A stretch of DNA of 59,878 nucleotides from Candidatus Roizmanbacteria bacterium. GTDB lineage: Bacteria; Patescibacteriota; Microgenomatia; UBA1406; HO2-37-13b. Every line of letters starts with the position of its first letter. Positions within the stretch are counted from its first letter, which is position 1. Below, in pieces: positions 27,280 to 34,986 of the stretch. A program made the position numbers and the translations under genes. A model generated the notes under the pieces. The model did not search any database. It saw nothing but the letters and a program-made list of their open reading frames with translations, and was not told the DNA's origin. The DNA lies in assembly GCA_038127095.1 (NCBI GenBank), contig JAYPGZ010000005.1:1-59878 (forward strand). Reading direction: 5' to 3'.

Positions 27280-27345
27280 ATGGTGCTAGATTGCTTTTTT
27301 GAATGTCCTTGACTTTTGGATGGAATTCACTTTACACTGGATAGT

Positions 27346-27663
27346 ATGAAATTTGATCAAACAACAGTAGCGCAACTAGAAATTGACTTAAATGATGCAT
27401 TGTTTGATGCCTATGCAGCAAAAAAAGTTACTGCTGAGCAGATTAAGCCAATTGCTCAAGAAGTTGTTGCAGAATTGAATAAAGTAACCTCTCAAGAAAC
27501 ACTGCAAGTATTTTTTGACACAATTGTACAGAATTACGAATTCTTTGGACATTTACGAACAGAGCATAATGGTGCACAGCAAATGAGCGATGAAAAGGTG
27601 GTAATCGACAAACTTTCCAAATACATTACTTCATTAGAACCCACCCCTGTTGTAAGTCAATAA
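27346..27663 (+). CDS. Hypothetical protein
   Basis: Track ORF 27316..27663, with the first ATG at 27346. No motif recognised. Confidence 0.45.
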   Translation: MKFDQTTVAQLEIDLNDALFDAYAAKKVTAEQIKPIAQEVVAELNKVTSQETLQVFFDTIVQNYEFFGHLRTEHNGAQQMSDEKVVIDKLSKYITSLEPTPVVSQ

Positions 27664-27668
27664 ATACT

Positions 27669-29504
27669 ATGGCAGAACCAATGGCAGATCCAAAAACAGT
27701 AGCGGAAGGAATGTTTCATAGCGCTGAAGGAAAGATTCCTACGGGTGCTACTGAAGGTGAGAAATTAGCGGCAGAATTGTTAAGAGGTCGATCGATACGA
27801 ACCGTGAGCGGTGAAAAGCCACCTACAGTGGACAGTATGAATGCTACGGTCGACAGACTTATTAAAGATCCTACTGTTAACGTGCGAGCAAAAGATATCC
27901 TCCGAGATGCACATGCCATAGCTCAAGGTGGATCCGTAATGGAAAACCGATTATCTACAAGTCCAACTTTACGTAAAAATCTTGAAGGGACAATTATGTC
28001 TTCACCAGTTTTGGGGGAAATGTATCGTGGGCTTACCGGGGCACAGAAAGATATCTTTTTGCGTGGTTATCTTAATCGACCCGAAACACGTGATTCGATC
28101 ATAAAGGGTATGGGTGTAATGTCGGCTGAAAATATTTCAAAATTATTTTCGGGTGATACAAGCGCACGACTTGAAGCTGAATTAAAAGTGTTTGGCGACG
28201 AGCTTACCGTGAAAACTGGCCGTCAAGCCGAGTTGAAAAAGCAAATAGATGCAGATGAAAAAGAATTACAGGAATTCGAAACGCGAGCCGAAGGTGGAAA
28301 GGCTGTGGCTGGAGATTTGGCAGCTGAGAGAAGCCGAATTTATGCTGATCTGGCAGGTGAAATAGATACCGCAAAATATACTGCGCAAGCAGATGGATTT
28401 CGTGCATCTATTGCTAGTTTAGAAGCACAACGAGCTAAGTATCTCACTCCTATTACCCAAACATATGCAGGTCATCCGGCACAAATGGCCGGAGGTTCAA
28501 AAGTGCGAGATGCGATGGACCCCAAAATCATGATTGAACATGTAGATATTTCGTCGGCTGGCCCTGCTAAAGATGCCGTTGAGAAACTTGACAAAGAAAT
28601 TGCTGCATATAAAACACAACTTGCTGAACTTGACGCAAAACAAGAAAAAGCAGTGCAAGCGAAAGCAAAAGCTGCGGCTGACAAAGAAGGGTTAGATTCA
28701 CGAAAAGCAACGCTTACTGCACGATTAGCTGCCAGTAGAACAGAATTGGCAGCCGTAGATGCTAAAGTATCCGAACTTACATTGGGTATTGCACAACGTA
28801 ATGCCGACATGCTGGCATTAGAAAACATAGACACACGCCGAGCAGAATTAATTGCGCAAATTGAATCGATTCCTACTCTTGCTTTCTCGGAAACGCTTAT
28901 GGCAGAACAAGAAGCGTTGGCTAACAAACAGGTAGAGATCCTGAAAAAGGCTGCTGAGAAAGTACGCGATACGGAACCAGGCAAAGCACGACTAGCTATG
29001 TTAAATGCGCTGTATCCAACTCCGGGGGGTAAAATAAGCTGGGCTGCGGGAATGGCACCTACTATGGCGTGGGATGCATTACAACGGGGTGATGACGATG
29101 CAATGATGACTATATTGTTGGGAAGTGGTAAGGCACCGCTACAAAATGATCATCCTGATATTTATGCACAGATGGTATCTGAAGCAAAGGTACAAATGGC
29201 GCGGGTTAGGAGTCGAAAAACGACACCTCGACGTTTTAGCAAAGTATTCGGAGAACGATCAGTTCCTATGACCGAAGCAGAACAAGCTCGATTAATGGCA
29301 TCATTTAAACCTTCTGAATTACATATGTTAGCAGATATTCCTGGTATGCGTAGCCAAATAAAGGAAGCAACTGGTATTGATTTGGTTGATGGTACCCCGA
29401 TTGAAGCACAACTTGAAGGAGCCGGACCAAAGAAATGGTGGATACTTGCTATATTATTAGGACTTCCAGTAGTGGCAGCAATGGCAGCAGCAAAGAAGCC
29501 GTAA
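27669..29504 (+). CDS. Tail-anchored coiled-coil protein (611 aa)
   Basis: Long Ala/Glu/Lys-rich heptad-like stretches and a C-terminal TM segment, KKWWILAILLGLPVVAAMAAAKKP. Confidence 0.6.
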   Translation: MAEPMADPKTVAEGMFHSAEGKIPTGATEGEKLAAELLRGRSIRTVSGEKPPTVDSMNATVDRLIKDPTVNVRAKDILRDAHAIAQGGSVMENRLSTSPTLRKNLEGTIMSSPVLGEMYRGLTGAQKDIFLRGYLNRPETRDSIIKGMGVMSAENISKLFSGDTSARLEAELKVFGDELTVKTGRQAELKKQIDADEKELQEFETRAEGGKAVAGDLAAERSRIYADLAGEIDTAKYTAQADGFRASIASLEAQRAKYLTPITQTYAGHPAQMAGGSKVRDAMDPKIMIEHVDISSAGPAKDAVEKLDKEIAAYKTQLAELDAKQEKAVQAKAKAAADKEGLDSRKATLTARLAASRTELAAVDAKVSELTLGIAQRNADMLALENIDTRRAELIAQIESIPTLAFSETLMAEQEALANKQVEILKKAAEKVRDTEPGKARLAMLNALYPTPGGKISWAAGMAPTMAWDALQRGDDDAMMTILLGSGKAPLQNDHPDIYAQMVSEAKVQMARVRSRKTTPRRFSKVFGERSVPMTEAEQARLMASFKPSELHMLADIPGMRSQIKEATGIDLVDGTPIEAQLEGAGPKKWWILAILLGLPVVAAMAAAKKP

Positions 29505-29523
29505 ACATTAGTAAGAAAGAGGA

Positions 29524-29745
29524 TTATTCTTCAATTTCAACCCCCAACAATCGTTGGATGACTTCTTTTTTGTAGCGGCGGTCGCCGCGGGAATTAATTC
29601 GAATAGCAGGAAGTTTTCCTCGTTTACCCCAACGCTTAATAGTAAGTGGGGAAACACGCAAAATGTCGGCTACTTCACGGATTGTTAACAGATCAGGTAA
29701 GTCGGTAAGTGATACCTTGTTATTACTTTTGTTTGATATCGACAT
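29524..29745 (-). CDS. Excisionase/MerR-family helix-turn-helix DNA-binding protein
   Basis: LLTIREVADILRVSPLTIKRWGKRGKLPAIRINSRGDRRYKKEVI. Confidence 0.65.
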   Translation of the reverse strand: MSISNKSNNKVSLTDLPDLLTIREVADILRVSPLTIKRWGKRGKLPAIRINSRGDRRYKKEVIQRLLGVEIEE

Positions 29746-29817
29746 GGTGGGAATTATAAAGTATGTAGTAGTTTATGTCAAGAAGAATATGAGGCGCTAA
29801 AAATGCTCTGAAATGCT

Positions 29818-29852
29818 GAGATTCTTCTCCGCCAGAAGCGGATCAGAATGAC
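29818..29852 (-). repeat. REP-like element (GAGATTCT..AGAATGAC), followed by a degenerate second copy to 29879
   Basis: gagattcttctccgccagaagcggatcagaatgac. Confidence 0.7.
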
Positions 29853-29886
29853 AGATTCGTTCTGGGCGACAGAATGTACGAGGGTT

Positions 29887-30198
29887 ATGTATACTAGAAC
29901 TATGTTTATTGGACCATTTTATTTTGACTCAAAAGAGCTGTTTTTGCTGTTTGCGGCGGCTATACTCTTCGTGGCCCGTTTTGTAGGGTGGGCGCCCGTG
30001 TGGTTTGATGCTGACAAGCTGTTAACGCTCCTGTTGCTCATTATAATAGTGAAAGGGCTTGTGCCGGGCGTGCATAACCAGGCGTTTTTTGTGGTGTCCG
30101 TCGTGGCGCTCATTGCGACGTTATATCTGTCGCTGCCACAGGTGTTACTGTTCTACTTATTTACATTCTTATTCTTGAAGATCTTTCGAGTTATTTAA
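29887..30198 (+). CDS. Small polytopic membrane protein of atypical (higher) GC
   Basis: Track ORF 29848..30198. Its 5' end is built from REP-like elements, so an internal ATG (29887 or 29902) is more likely. Line 29941-30000 has 35/60 G+C. Confidence 0.5.
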   Translation: MYTRTMFIGPFYFDSKELFLLFAAAILFVARFVGWAPVWFDADKLLTLLLLIIIVKGLVPGVHNQAFFVVSVVALIATLYLSLPQVLLFYLFTFLFLKIFRVI

Positions 30199-30203
30199 AA
30201 CAA

Positions 30204-30227
30204 AAAAGCTCTCTTGCGAGAGCTTTT
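30204..30227. terminator. Intrinsic-terminator-like hairpin AAAAGCTCTC-ttgc-GAGAGCTTTT (bidirectional A/T tracts)
   Basis: Perfect 10-bp stem 6 nt after the stop at 30198. Confidence 0.7.
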
Positions 30228-30307
30228 AGGTGAGTTCGAAAACTCCCTGAACGCCTGATAATCTACTTAATATTAACAACTATAGACATAATTGTCAAGT
30301 GTTAGAT

Positions 30308-30394
30308 TGGCGGAGGGTGAGGGAGTTGAACCCTAACCCTTTCGGGTCGAAACGATTATCAGACGTTCTCTGAGACCGCTCAGATTCACCCTCC
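30308..30394 (-). tRNA. Non-canonical tRNASec-like tRNA (8/4 acceptor/T stems, long variable arm), anticodon GAU, CCA encoded; candidate allo-tRNA
   Basis: Hand fold of GGAGGGTG-AA-TCTGAG-CGGT-CTCAGA-G-AACGT-CTGATAA-TCGTT-TC-GACCC-GAAA-GGGTT-AGGG-TTCAACT-CCCT-CACCCTCC-G-CCA. Confidence 0.7.
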
Positions 30395-30444
30395 AACCGC
30401 AGGCATAATATCAGGCAATTATTAAATTCTTATTAAATTTGATG

Positions 30445-30479
30445 GAGATTCTTCAATCGCTTCGCTCCTTGAGAATGAC
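30445..30479 (-). repeat. REP-like element
   Basis: gagattcttcaatcgcttcgctccttgagaatgac. Confidence 0.7.
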
Positions 30480-30491
30480 GAGATAAAGTAC

Positions 30492-30520
30492 TTGTATATT
30501 TCCACAAACTTGGTTATAAT
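30492..30520 (+). promoter_or_regulatory. Promoter TTGTAT-17 nt-TATAAT upstream of rplJ
   Basis: TTGTAT at 30492-30497 and TATAAT at 30515-30520. Confidence 0.55.
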
Positions 30521-30577
30521 ACTCCTATTCTCACAGACCAGTGGCAGAGCGCTTAAGACCACTGATAGAGAAACATC
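30521..30577 (+). promoter_or_regulatory. rplJ 5' UTR with a hairpin (CAGTGG..CCACTG); possible L10 autoregulatory leader
   Basis: 6-bp stem pairing 30539-30544 with 30559-30564. The call rests on position only. Confidence 0.3.
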
Positions 30578-31096
30578 ATGCCTAATAAAGCTAAAATCGA
30601 TTTTGTATCCTCGTTATATTCCACACTGAACGATTCTAAGAATTTTGTTGTTATTGGATTTGCCGCAACATCGCATAAAGACTTGGAAGAACTTCGCAAA
30701 GATCTTCGGGCTGCAGGTAGCAGCATGACCGTAGTAAAAAATTCACTCTTTAAAGTCACCGCACAAAAGCTCAAGCACACCGAACTACTTGAAGCGCTTG
30801 ATTTAAAAGGTTCTTCAGCCGTCATTACGCTTCCATTAGATTGGACGGCGGCTTTAAGCGCATTCTACAAATTCGCAAAAGCGCATGATACTGTTGGTTT
30901 CAAAGCGGGAATTATTGAAAGCAAAACATATGGAAAAGATGATTTGATGAAATTGGCACAACTTCCAAGCAAGGAAGAATTGGTTGTTAAGATCATTCTT
31001 TCACTGCGAAGCTCACATACCAGCTTGGTACGAAGCCTTAACTTTAACACACAAAAATTAATACAAGTTATTCAAGCAGCAGCAAACAAAAGCTAA
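30578..31096 (+). CDS. rplJ: 50S ribosomal protein L10
   Basis: 172 aa. KIDFVSSLYSTLNDSKNFVVIGFAATSHKDLEELRKDLRAAGSSMTVVKNSL. Followed by rplL. Confidence 0.85.
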   Translation: MPNKAKIDFVSSLYSTLNDSKNFVVIGFAATSHKDLEELRKDLRAAGSSMTVVKNSLFKVTAQKLKHTELLEALDLKGSSAVITLPLDWTAALSAFYKFAKAHDTVGFKAGIIESKTYGKDDLMKLAQLPSKEELVVKIILSLRSSHTSLVRSLNFNTQKLIQVIQAAANKS

Positions 31097-31131
31097 TACG
31101 ATTAGCATTTACACGAAAGGTGGTGACATGT

Positions 31132-31515
31132 ATGGCAGAAAAAAATATTGAAAAAATTGCAGAAGATATAAAAGGATTAAACGCGTTGGAACTTTCAGAA
31201 CTTGCCAAACACCTTGAGGATGTGTTCGGTGTAACCGCCGCTCCTATGATGATGGCAGGAGCAGCCGCTCCAGCAGCAGCCGGAGAAGCAGCTGAAGAAA
31301 AAACAAATTTTGACGTTGTTCTAACCGATGGAGGCGCTAATAAACTAGGAGCTATTAAAGCAGTTCGCGAACTTAAACCTGATTTAGGGCTTATGGATGC
31401 GAAGAAACTAGTAGAAACAGCACCACAAACCATTTTGACTCAAGCTAAGAAAGAAGAAGCTGAAGCAGCAAAAGCTAAGCTGGAAGAAGCAGGAGCTAAA
31501 GTGGAACTTAAGTAA
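31132..31515 (+). CDS. rplL: 50S ribosomal protein L7/L12
   Basis: MAEKNIEKIAEDIKGLNALELSELAKHLEDVFGV, an Ala-rich hinge, then GANKLGAIKAVRELKPDLGLMDAKKLVE...KAKLEEAGAKVELK. Confidence 0.9.
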   Translation: MAEKNIEKIAEDIKGLNALELSELAKHLEDVFGVTAAPMMMAGAAAPAAAGEAAEEKTNFDVVLTDGGANKLGAIKAVRELKPDLGLMDAKKLVETAPQTILTQAKKEEAEAAKAKLEEAGAKVELK

Positions 31516-31559
31516 AACTTGACTTTAATGCCACCCGCATACTACACTGAAGATACCAT

Positions 31560-31979
31560 ATGGAATCTCAGGGAAAAATGCTGGTGGCATTGTCGGTATT
31601 AGCCTTACTCACAGGTTTTTCTGCAATTGGCTACGTAGCTGTTCAAAAAAACGCAAATGTCGCTTCTCGCGCACAAGTATCTCCAAATGCTTCTGATTCA
31701 GTGGTAACTACCTCAACATCTTCATCACCATCTTCTACTACCAACGACTCGGGCACAGTGAGTCAGATAGGTAAAACATGCACTTCAAATTCACAGGGAG
31801 ACTTTGATTGTAATGGGGCTGTAGATTGTGCCGATGTTTCGTTATTTGTAAGTGAGCTCTCTGGAAAAACAAGCACAATTTCAACCGATGTTTCTGCAGA
31901 TGGAAAAGTGTCGCTTATAGATTTTGAACGTGCTCGTGCAGCGGTGCCTGCCGGTGCGTGGACTGCCTGTACATTATGA
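31560..31979 (+). CDS. Small secreted protein: signal anchor, Ser/Thr linker, dockerin
   Basis: DFDCNGAVDCADVSLFVSEL ... DVSADGKVSLIDFERARAAV. Confidence 0.7.
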   Translation: MESQGKMLVALSVLALLTGFSAIGYVAVQKNANVASRAQVSPNASDSVVTTSTSSSPSSTTNDSGTVSQIGKTCTSNSQGDFDCNGAVDCADVSLFVSELSGKTSTISTDVSADGKVSLIDFERARAAVPAGAWTACTL

Positions 31980-32353
31980 AGCTCAAAGTAATAATTATTG
32001 CGCTTGTTGCCTTGTTATCAGGTATTTTTTTCTGGCAAACAACAAATCGATTCTTATATCCGTCTAGAGCTACTTCTTCTACTCCTGCTCCAGGCACCGG
32101 TACTGCAGGACTTCCGGCAACAGGAACTGCGTCGTCCGGTACTGGTACAAATACCGATTCGTCAACTCCTTCTGGTTGTCCTATGCGAGCAAAAGGCGAT
32201 TATAACTGTGATGGAGCAGTAGATATGCAAGACCTTGCTGTGTTCCGGCACGAATATAGTGGTAAAGCTACAACTAAAGAAAGTGATGGAAATGTTGATG
32301 GGAAAGTTGATTTAATAGATTATGACGCATTGCGTGTGAATCTATTTCGTTAA
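31976..32353 (+). CDS. Small secreted protein: signal anchor, Ser/Thr/Gly linker, dockerin (paralog of the previous gene)
   Basis: ATG 31976 overlaps the previous stop as ATGA. DYNCDGAVDMQDLAVFRHEY ... DGNVDGKVDLIDYDALRVNL. Confidence 0.7.
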   Translation: MKLKVIIIALVALLSGIFFWQTTNRFLYPSRATSSTPAPGTGTAGLPATGTASSGTGTNTDSSTPSGCPMRAKGDYNCDGAVDMQDLAVFRHEYSGKATTKESDGNVDGKVDLIDYDALRVNLFR

Positions 32354-32359
32354 AAAAAT

Positions 32360-34039
32360 ATGGAATTTACTTTGAAATTTAAATTATTAGTATTGGGCAT
32401 ATTCGTTTTTGTTTCAACGGTTGTTTTTGCAACGGCTATTCATACGTATGTCTTGCGATCTCGCGCGGCAGGCACCAGTATGCCAATTAGAATTACAGAA
32501 AAAACAGGAAGCATTTCAGGTACAAAAGATGTAATGGTTAGCTTTACAAACGGCGAGAAAATTTCTGCATTTACGTTTGTACTGAAAACAACCGGTAATG
32601 TAAAAGTGCACGAAACAAAAGATCCAATAGTATTGGGTAGTACGTCGGGTTCTCCGGCAGGATTTTTTAGTCCTTTGCAACAAAAAACTATCGAAAAGAT
32701 ATCATATGGAGTAACTCGATCCGATGCGGATTTGCCTATGGGTATTTCGATACCGGTCACACTGCGTTGTGATGGGGTGGGCGCAGGTACTTTTACTATT
32801 ATGGCGGCAGGGAGTCAGGTTGTAGGAATGGGTAAAGAATTCACACTTGATGCCATAGAGGAAGGTTCGTACACGTGTGCATCTGGTGGAGTTGCACCAA
32901 CTAGTGTACCGGCAACAGGAATTAGGGCGCATTTTAATCCAGCATCAGCGCAGCTTGCAGTCGGACAACAGGTTTCAACAAGTTTTGTTATTGATGGTTT
33001 TGCAAAAGACCAATTAGTTTCGGGTTTTGATGTGAAAATGAAGGTTGATCCAGGAATTGATATTGTCCTTGCGACAGATACCAATACTGTTCCGTCTGAA
33101 AAATCTCCAAAAACTACCATTGCTCCAACAATGCCTGTTCCAGGATCAACAAATAGCGATACGGCATCTGGTGCAGGGGGAGCGGGTGGAAGCGGGGGCG
33201 GTTCTACAACAAGTCCATTCGCTCCAGAACCGCTTAATCTAGACGTATCCGATTGTAGAACAGTTATAAATGACTGGAATACTACAACACGTATTTTGCG
33301 ACTTTCACAACTTTGTACGGCTCCAACACTGTTAAATTCAGTTACTATGCCTATTACGTTCAAAGGGGTAGCAAACAGCACGGGTACAATTTCTATTATG
33401 GAGTATGAAGTAGTAGGTCCTCAGGCCCCAAATGGATATTCAGTAGCAAGAGAATCATATGCGTTCCAGGTTGGACAAGGTTCAGGTACGGGTGGTCAAG
33501 GAGGAAATGTGCAGATTAAGCTGAAACTTCGTTTGCAAGGAATTCAGGCAAAGCCAAAACAGGTAAGTGGATTGCAATTTAAGATAGGTGTTGTGGGTGG
33601 ATCTCAGACCACTCCTGTTACACAAACTGCATTGTTTATGCCCGATGACTCAGGTATGTATTCTGGAACTGTGGGGTTAAACGTAAATCCAGGCACAGGG
33701 TATTGTATTTTAGTCAAAGGACCACAACAATTACAAAAGAAAATTTGCGATCAAAATCCCACAGAGCTAACCGCTGGTTCATATAAAAGTGAAAAAGGCA
33801 CTATTACACTCGCGGCCGGTGAAAATTCCTTTGATTTCAGTAAAATTTACATGATGAGTTGTGATTTGCCGGTGCAAGATGGAATTTGTAATTCACAGGA
33901 CTTAGTAAAAATTCGTGCGAATTTGGGAAACATAGGTTCACAAACCAATGCTATAACCGACCTTAACCAAGATACCACTACGAATGGAACAGACTGGGCA
34001 TTGGCACTTTCTTCGTTATCAGTGAAATTAGACGATTAA
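32360..34039 (+). CDS. Secreted multi-domain protein: cohesin-like module(s), Gly-rich linker, beta-sandwich module, degenerate dockerin
   Basis: LAVGQQVSTSFVIDGFAKDQLVSGFDVKMKVDPGIDIV. The pre-dockerin module YCILVKGPQQL..AGENSFDFSKIYMMSCD is homologous to YCVTVKGPLHS..AGANELDFTGIRMMVGD in the M4 protease. C-terminus DLNQDTTTNGTDWALALSSL. Confidence 0.65.
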   Translation: MEFTLKFKLLVLGIFVFVSTVVFATAIHTYVLRSRAAGTSMPIRITEKTGSISGTKDVMVSFTNGEKISAFTFVLKTTGNVKVHETKDPIVLGSTSGSPAGFFSPLQQKTIEKISYGVTRSDADLPMGISIPVTLRCDGVGAGTFTIMAAGSQVVGMGKEFTLDAIEEGSYTCASGGVAPTSVPATGIRAHFNPASAQLAVGQQVSTSFVIDGFAKDQLVSGFDVKMKVDPGIDIVLATDTNTVPSEKSPKTTIAPTMPVPGSTNSDTASGAGGAGGSGGGSTTSPFAPEPLNLDVSDCRTVINDWNTTTRILRLSQLCTAPTLLNSVTMPITFKGVANSTGTISIMEYEVVGPQAPNGYSVARESYAFQVGQGSGTGGQGGNVQIKLKLRLQGIQAKPKQVSGLQFKIGVVGGSQTTPVTQTALFMPDDSGMYSGTVGLNVNPGTGYCILVKGPQQLQKKICDQNPTELTAGSYKSEKGTITLAAGENSFDFSKIYMMSCDLPVQDGICNSQDLVKIRANLGNIGSQTNAITDLNQDTTTNGTDWALALSSLSVKLDD

Positions 34040-34040
34040 T

Positions 34041-34877
34041 ATGCATATTTCTAGAAGAGTATGGTTAATGACCGGTACAATGTTTTTAGTCTCGTTATCG
34101 CTGGTGCTCGTTTATTTATATATGCAGCTTCATTCTTTACCAGAAGTAACAAAAAGTTCTCTTAATCCAATTATTGCGGTAACGCACCCAGGTTCACTTG
34201 CACTAGAGACCGATAATAATGCGCAAACTTTCGCAGCTAATAAGGAAATTGCGGTTATTGTGAGTGGGAATTCTAAGAACGTTCCTGTAGGTGGGTATGA
34301 CGCGGTTATCACGTACGATCCGATGATGCTTGAATTTATTGGTGCTAAAAATGAAATGGATGATTTTGACTTTTTTACATCGCAAAAAACGGGGGTAGTT
34401 TCATTAACGGCAAGTCTTACATTAACGAGCACACCTGTTGCGTTAACAGATGCAATTTTAGCAACACTCCGATTTAAGACAAAAAATGAAGGAAAGACAT
34501 TTATTCGTTTCCAGTATGAACCCAATAAGACTACCGATTCAAATTTACTTTCTAATAAAGCAAAAGATATTTTAGGCTCTGTTGGTAATCTTGATATTGT
34601 TGTTGGCAAGCAATTAACAATCAATTTGGCTCGGCCAACTGAGTATAATGGGAAAAAGGTTACACTCGTGGAAGTAGAAATTCCGCAAGCAACATGTAGA
34701 GATTGCCAGAGCTTAGTGAGAATAGCTATTGAAGAGAATGGAAAAACAGAGGTACTGCAGTATAAAAATGGCGGTATAAATGGCCTCGTTGAACGAGAAA
34801 AGAGTATTGGTAAGACTGTATATCGACTTGAAGATGCGAGTCAAACAACAGCACGGTTGATTGTGGGAGAGCGATAA
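34041..34877 (+). CDS. Membrane-anchored cohesin-like domain protein
   Basis: TM segment VWLMTGTMFLVSLSLVLVYLYM, then FAANKEIAVIVSGNSKNVPVGGYDAVITYDPMMLEFIGAKN...ATLRFKTKNEGKTFIRF. Confidence 0.65.
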   Translation: MHISRRVWLMTGTMFLVSLSLVLVYLYMQLHSLPEVTKSSLNPIIAVTHPGSLALETDNNAQTFAANKEIAVIVSGNSKNVPVGGYDAVITYDPMMLEFIGAKNEMDDFDFFTSQKTGVVSLTASLTLTSTPVALTDAILATLRFKTKNEGKTFIRFQYEPNKTTDSNLLSNKAKDILGSVGNLDIVVGKQLTINLARPTEYNGKKVTLVEVEIPQATCRDCQSLVRIAIEENGKTEVLQYKNGGINGLVEREKSIGKTVYRLEDASQTTARLIVGER

Positions 34878-34891
34878 AGGTATGGGGGGGT

Positions 34892-34919
34892 GTCATTCTG
34901 AACCGGAGGTGAAGGATCT
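34892..34919 (+). repeat. REP-like element
   Basis: gtcattctgaaccggaggtgaaggatct. Confidence 0.6.
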
Positions 34920-34929
34920 AGGTGTTATG

Positions 34930-34956
34930 GAGATTCTTCGCTACGCTCAGAATGAC
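34930..34956 (-). repeat. REP-like element
   Basis: gagattcttcgctacgctcagaatgac. Confidence 0.7.
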
Positions 34957-34986
34957 AAAAGCGGGTCAGAATGACAAGTAAACAAT

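Noticed and set aside
30308-30394. Selenocysteine tRNA (selC).
   Set aside because: The architecture is Sec-like, but the anticodon loop reads CUGAUAA (GAU), not UCA. The T stem has 4 bp rather than 5, and no sel genes are nearby.
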